From Tubiluchus corallicola (lineage: Eukaryota; Animalia; Priapulida), in contig JAQGDQ010000352.1 in the NCBI GenBank assembly GCA_030141605.1, positions 124,001 to 188,000 on the forward strand: 64,000 nucleotides of DNA, read 5' to 3'. The stretch's first letter is position 1; each line of letters starts with the position of its first letter. The notes beneath the pieces were generated by a model. The model was given only the letters and a program-made list of their open reading frames with translations. It had not been told where the DNA came from and searched no databases. This document shows, in pieces, positions 61,864-64,000 of the stretch. A program made the translations under genes and the position numbers.

Positions 61864-63261
61864 GATCTGCAACCTTCATTCTACCAGAGTTGGTTCCTAG
61901 TGCAGAACCCTTGCCTGCTGCCTTGCACCCTAAACATGGCGGAACCTACCTTGTAACAAGCTTGACTACACGGTCTTCGCTGTTCTCCCCTTTTCATGGA
62001 CTATGACTTAAGACTCCAAGTCACAGACTTATTGAAGCCAGTGTATTAATTTTGATAACTCAATTCCCAGTGGGGAGTTGTTGTTGTTGCTGCTGCCAAC
62101 TTCGTCTTTTTGTATGCCCATAAATCTTGGCACACTTTTGCACCACTGCACCAGTGGCAGCAAGTGAGTACAGACCTTGGAGGGGGGTATTGAATATAAT
62201 AATTTATTTTATAAGATAGCTGAATACAATAACATGTATAAAAATCAAAAGATAATTTCGGAAATCAGAAAAGAACTTACCAAACTAATTGCAGTAATCC
62301 AATAAATCATCTTGAACTGATCGATAATTTCTTGAAAATAGGGCAATCTGATTTACGTCAATAATAATGATGATTCCGCTTTGAATCTAAAAAATTCAAT
62401 AACGAATCTGTGCGTTTTGTATTTTAATGAGTCAAACTTACTCAAGCAATTTTAATGTAGACTTAATGTATGCATGAGTCTGCATTGCATAATACTATAT
62501 ATCAAACAAACAATGTAGTATTATAGTAGCAGCAGTAACAGTAGTATAAAGAATTGAAAAAATCAAAAATTAACTACTTTAATAAGTAGAAAATTTACAT
62601 TTCAGAAATCTGGGAAAATCATTGTTAGATCAGAAACCTACACTTTATAAACCTTTCAACGCGAACTTTCATTTATCAAAAAACATAAGAAGAACCGGTT
62701 TTTATGTGTTCTTATTTTGGCTAAAAGATTTGACATTTAATTCTGGCTAAGGCAAGAAAGTAATTTTTCATGTAATTTGCTTTAATTTTGTTAAAACAAA
62801 GAACTAATTTATTAGAAATGGTTAAAAAGGAAAAGAACATTTTATACGTGGCTAAAGTAACGAATTTTTTAGCGCTTTTATGCAATTTATGTTATGCTAA
62901 GTCTATATCTTTAGTAACGTGCACACCGCGAAAAAAAACTTCTTAGTGTAAATTATTAATTTGTACATGCGTTGTACGAAAATTATTTCGCAATATTTTA
63001 AACTAAGAATGAACGTCCAAATACGCGGAACGCGATATTTAATAATATAAATGGTTTTAATATAATACTATAAATTTTAATAATGTAAGTACAACATACA
63101 TCATAGGTTATTAAAATGATAAATTGTATCTAAAACCTTCGCTGATTACGTCTTTATTAAAGTGTTTGTGAAATGCGTCTCCTCGGTAAGCAAAGTTTTT
63201 CTCGGATTATTCGTTAGATACAAATCACCATTTTAATAATCTATAATGAAATAATTGTTAA

Positions 63262-63891
63262 AGGAAGACAGGATAATTTTTCATATACTACCTCGGTAAG
63301 TATATATATCCCATTTTCAAGTTCGATAAAGTATACATTTTAACACGATTAATACTGCAAAAGCATTTCTAATAATTAAATAATAGATTAAAAATTTAAT
63401 TAACGGTGGACGAGCCCAACTATTGATGACATCACAAACTAACATAATTTTCAACAGCAAAAATATTCTACGAGCGTGTTGCACGCTGTTTGCGAAAGCG
63501 AAAATTGAAGTACAGTGCTACTGTAAGATATTCAGTGTGTTGTACTAAAACTAGGCATGTTTTAAGATAAAATTTCAAATTTCAAATTCACCACTATGCT
63601 CACCCATGAGCTGTTGAACGTGCGTAGTTCGTCAGAAACTAACATATCTGAACTGAGAGGTGTGTACCCGTTTTTGCATAATGCGTTTCTGAAAAGCGCT
63701 AATGCCCGTCTAACTAGCGAATGGCGAAATGCATGTAACAGCGAAGAATTACTGGTGCGAATGCGAAATTGTATTTGTGAGGTAATAATTCTTTCACGTA
63801 AGTCATTCTTTAAAAAATAGTATGTTTTCTTTCAATAATTTAAAGAGTAGATTGTTTTGACCTACAGTTTAATATTGGGTCCGGTTTTGCT
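63262..63891. mobile_element. TTAA-specific non-autonomous DNA element (Kolobok-like), copy 2
   Basis: TTAA|AGGAAGACAGGA...GTCCGGTTTTGCT|TTAA; highly similar to 32225-32773 with small indels. Confidence 0.75.
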
Positions 63892-64000
63892 TTAAGTTAT
63901 CGTTGCAACTAATTTTTATACCTGTAAGAGCACTATGGTGTCTATTGTGCCAACACTCCCTTTTGTCACTTTGGTTACATCCTACTTGTGACTTAGGCAT

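Overview
AT-rich metazoan (probably invertebrate) nuclear DNA with spliceosomal GT-AG introns. I reconstructed four intron-containing genes by hand. (1) A PXYLP1/ACPL2-type histidine acid phosphatase on the minus strand that runs off the left edge and is missed by the ORF track. (2) OSTC/DC2 on the plus strand, 149 aa, head-to-head with PXYLP1. (3) A compact ZZZ3 on the minus strand, 449 aa. (4) Wnt4 on the minus strand, 4 exons, 352 aa, about 28 kb long, followed by about 12 kb of gene-free upstream DNA. Introns and intergenic DNA hold MITEs (pogo/Tigger-, hAT-, Kolobok- and Harbinger-like), tRNA-derived SINE heads, decayed LINE fragments and microsatellites. The most unusual structure lies in the Wnt4 introns. 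A 36-bp tandem array abutting exon 2 consists of repeated copies of that exon's own 3' splice site. A 44-bp array abutting the exon 3 donor carries donor-like G|GTAA plus tandem TCF/Sox motifs. Intron 2 also contains a 58-nt tRNA-like Pol III unit lacking an anticodon arm. All functional interpretations are inference; no alignments or database searches were run.
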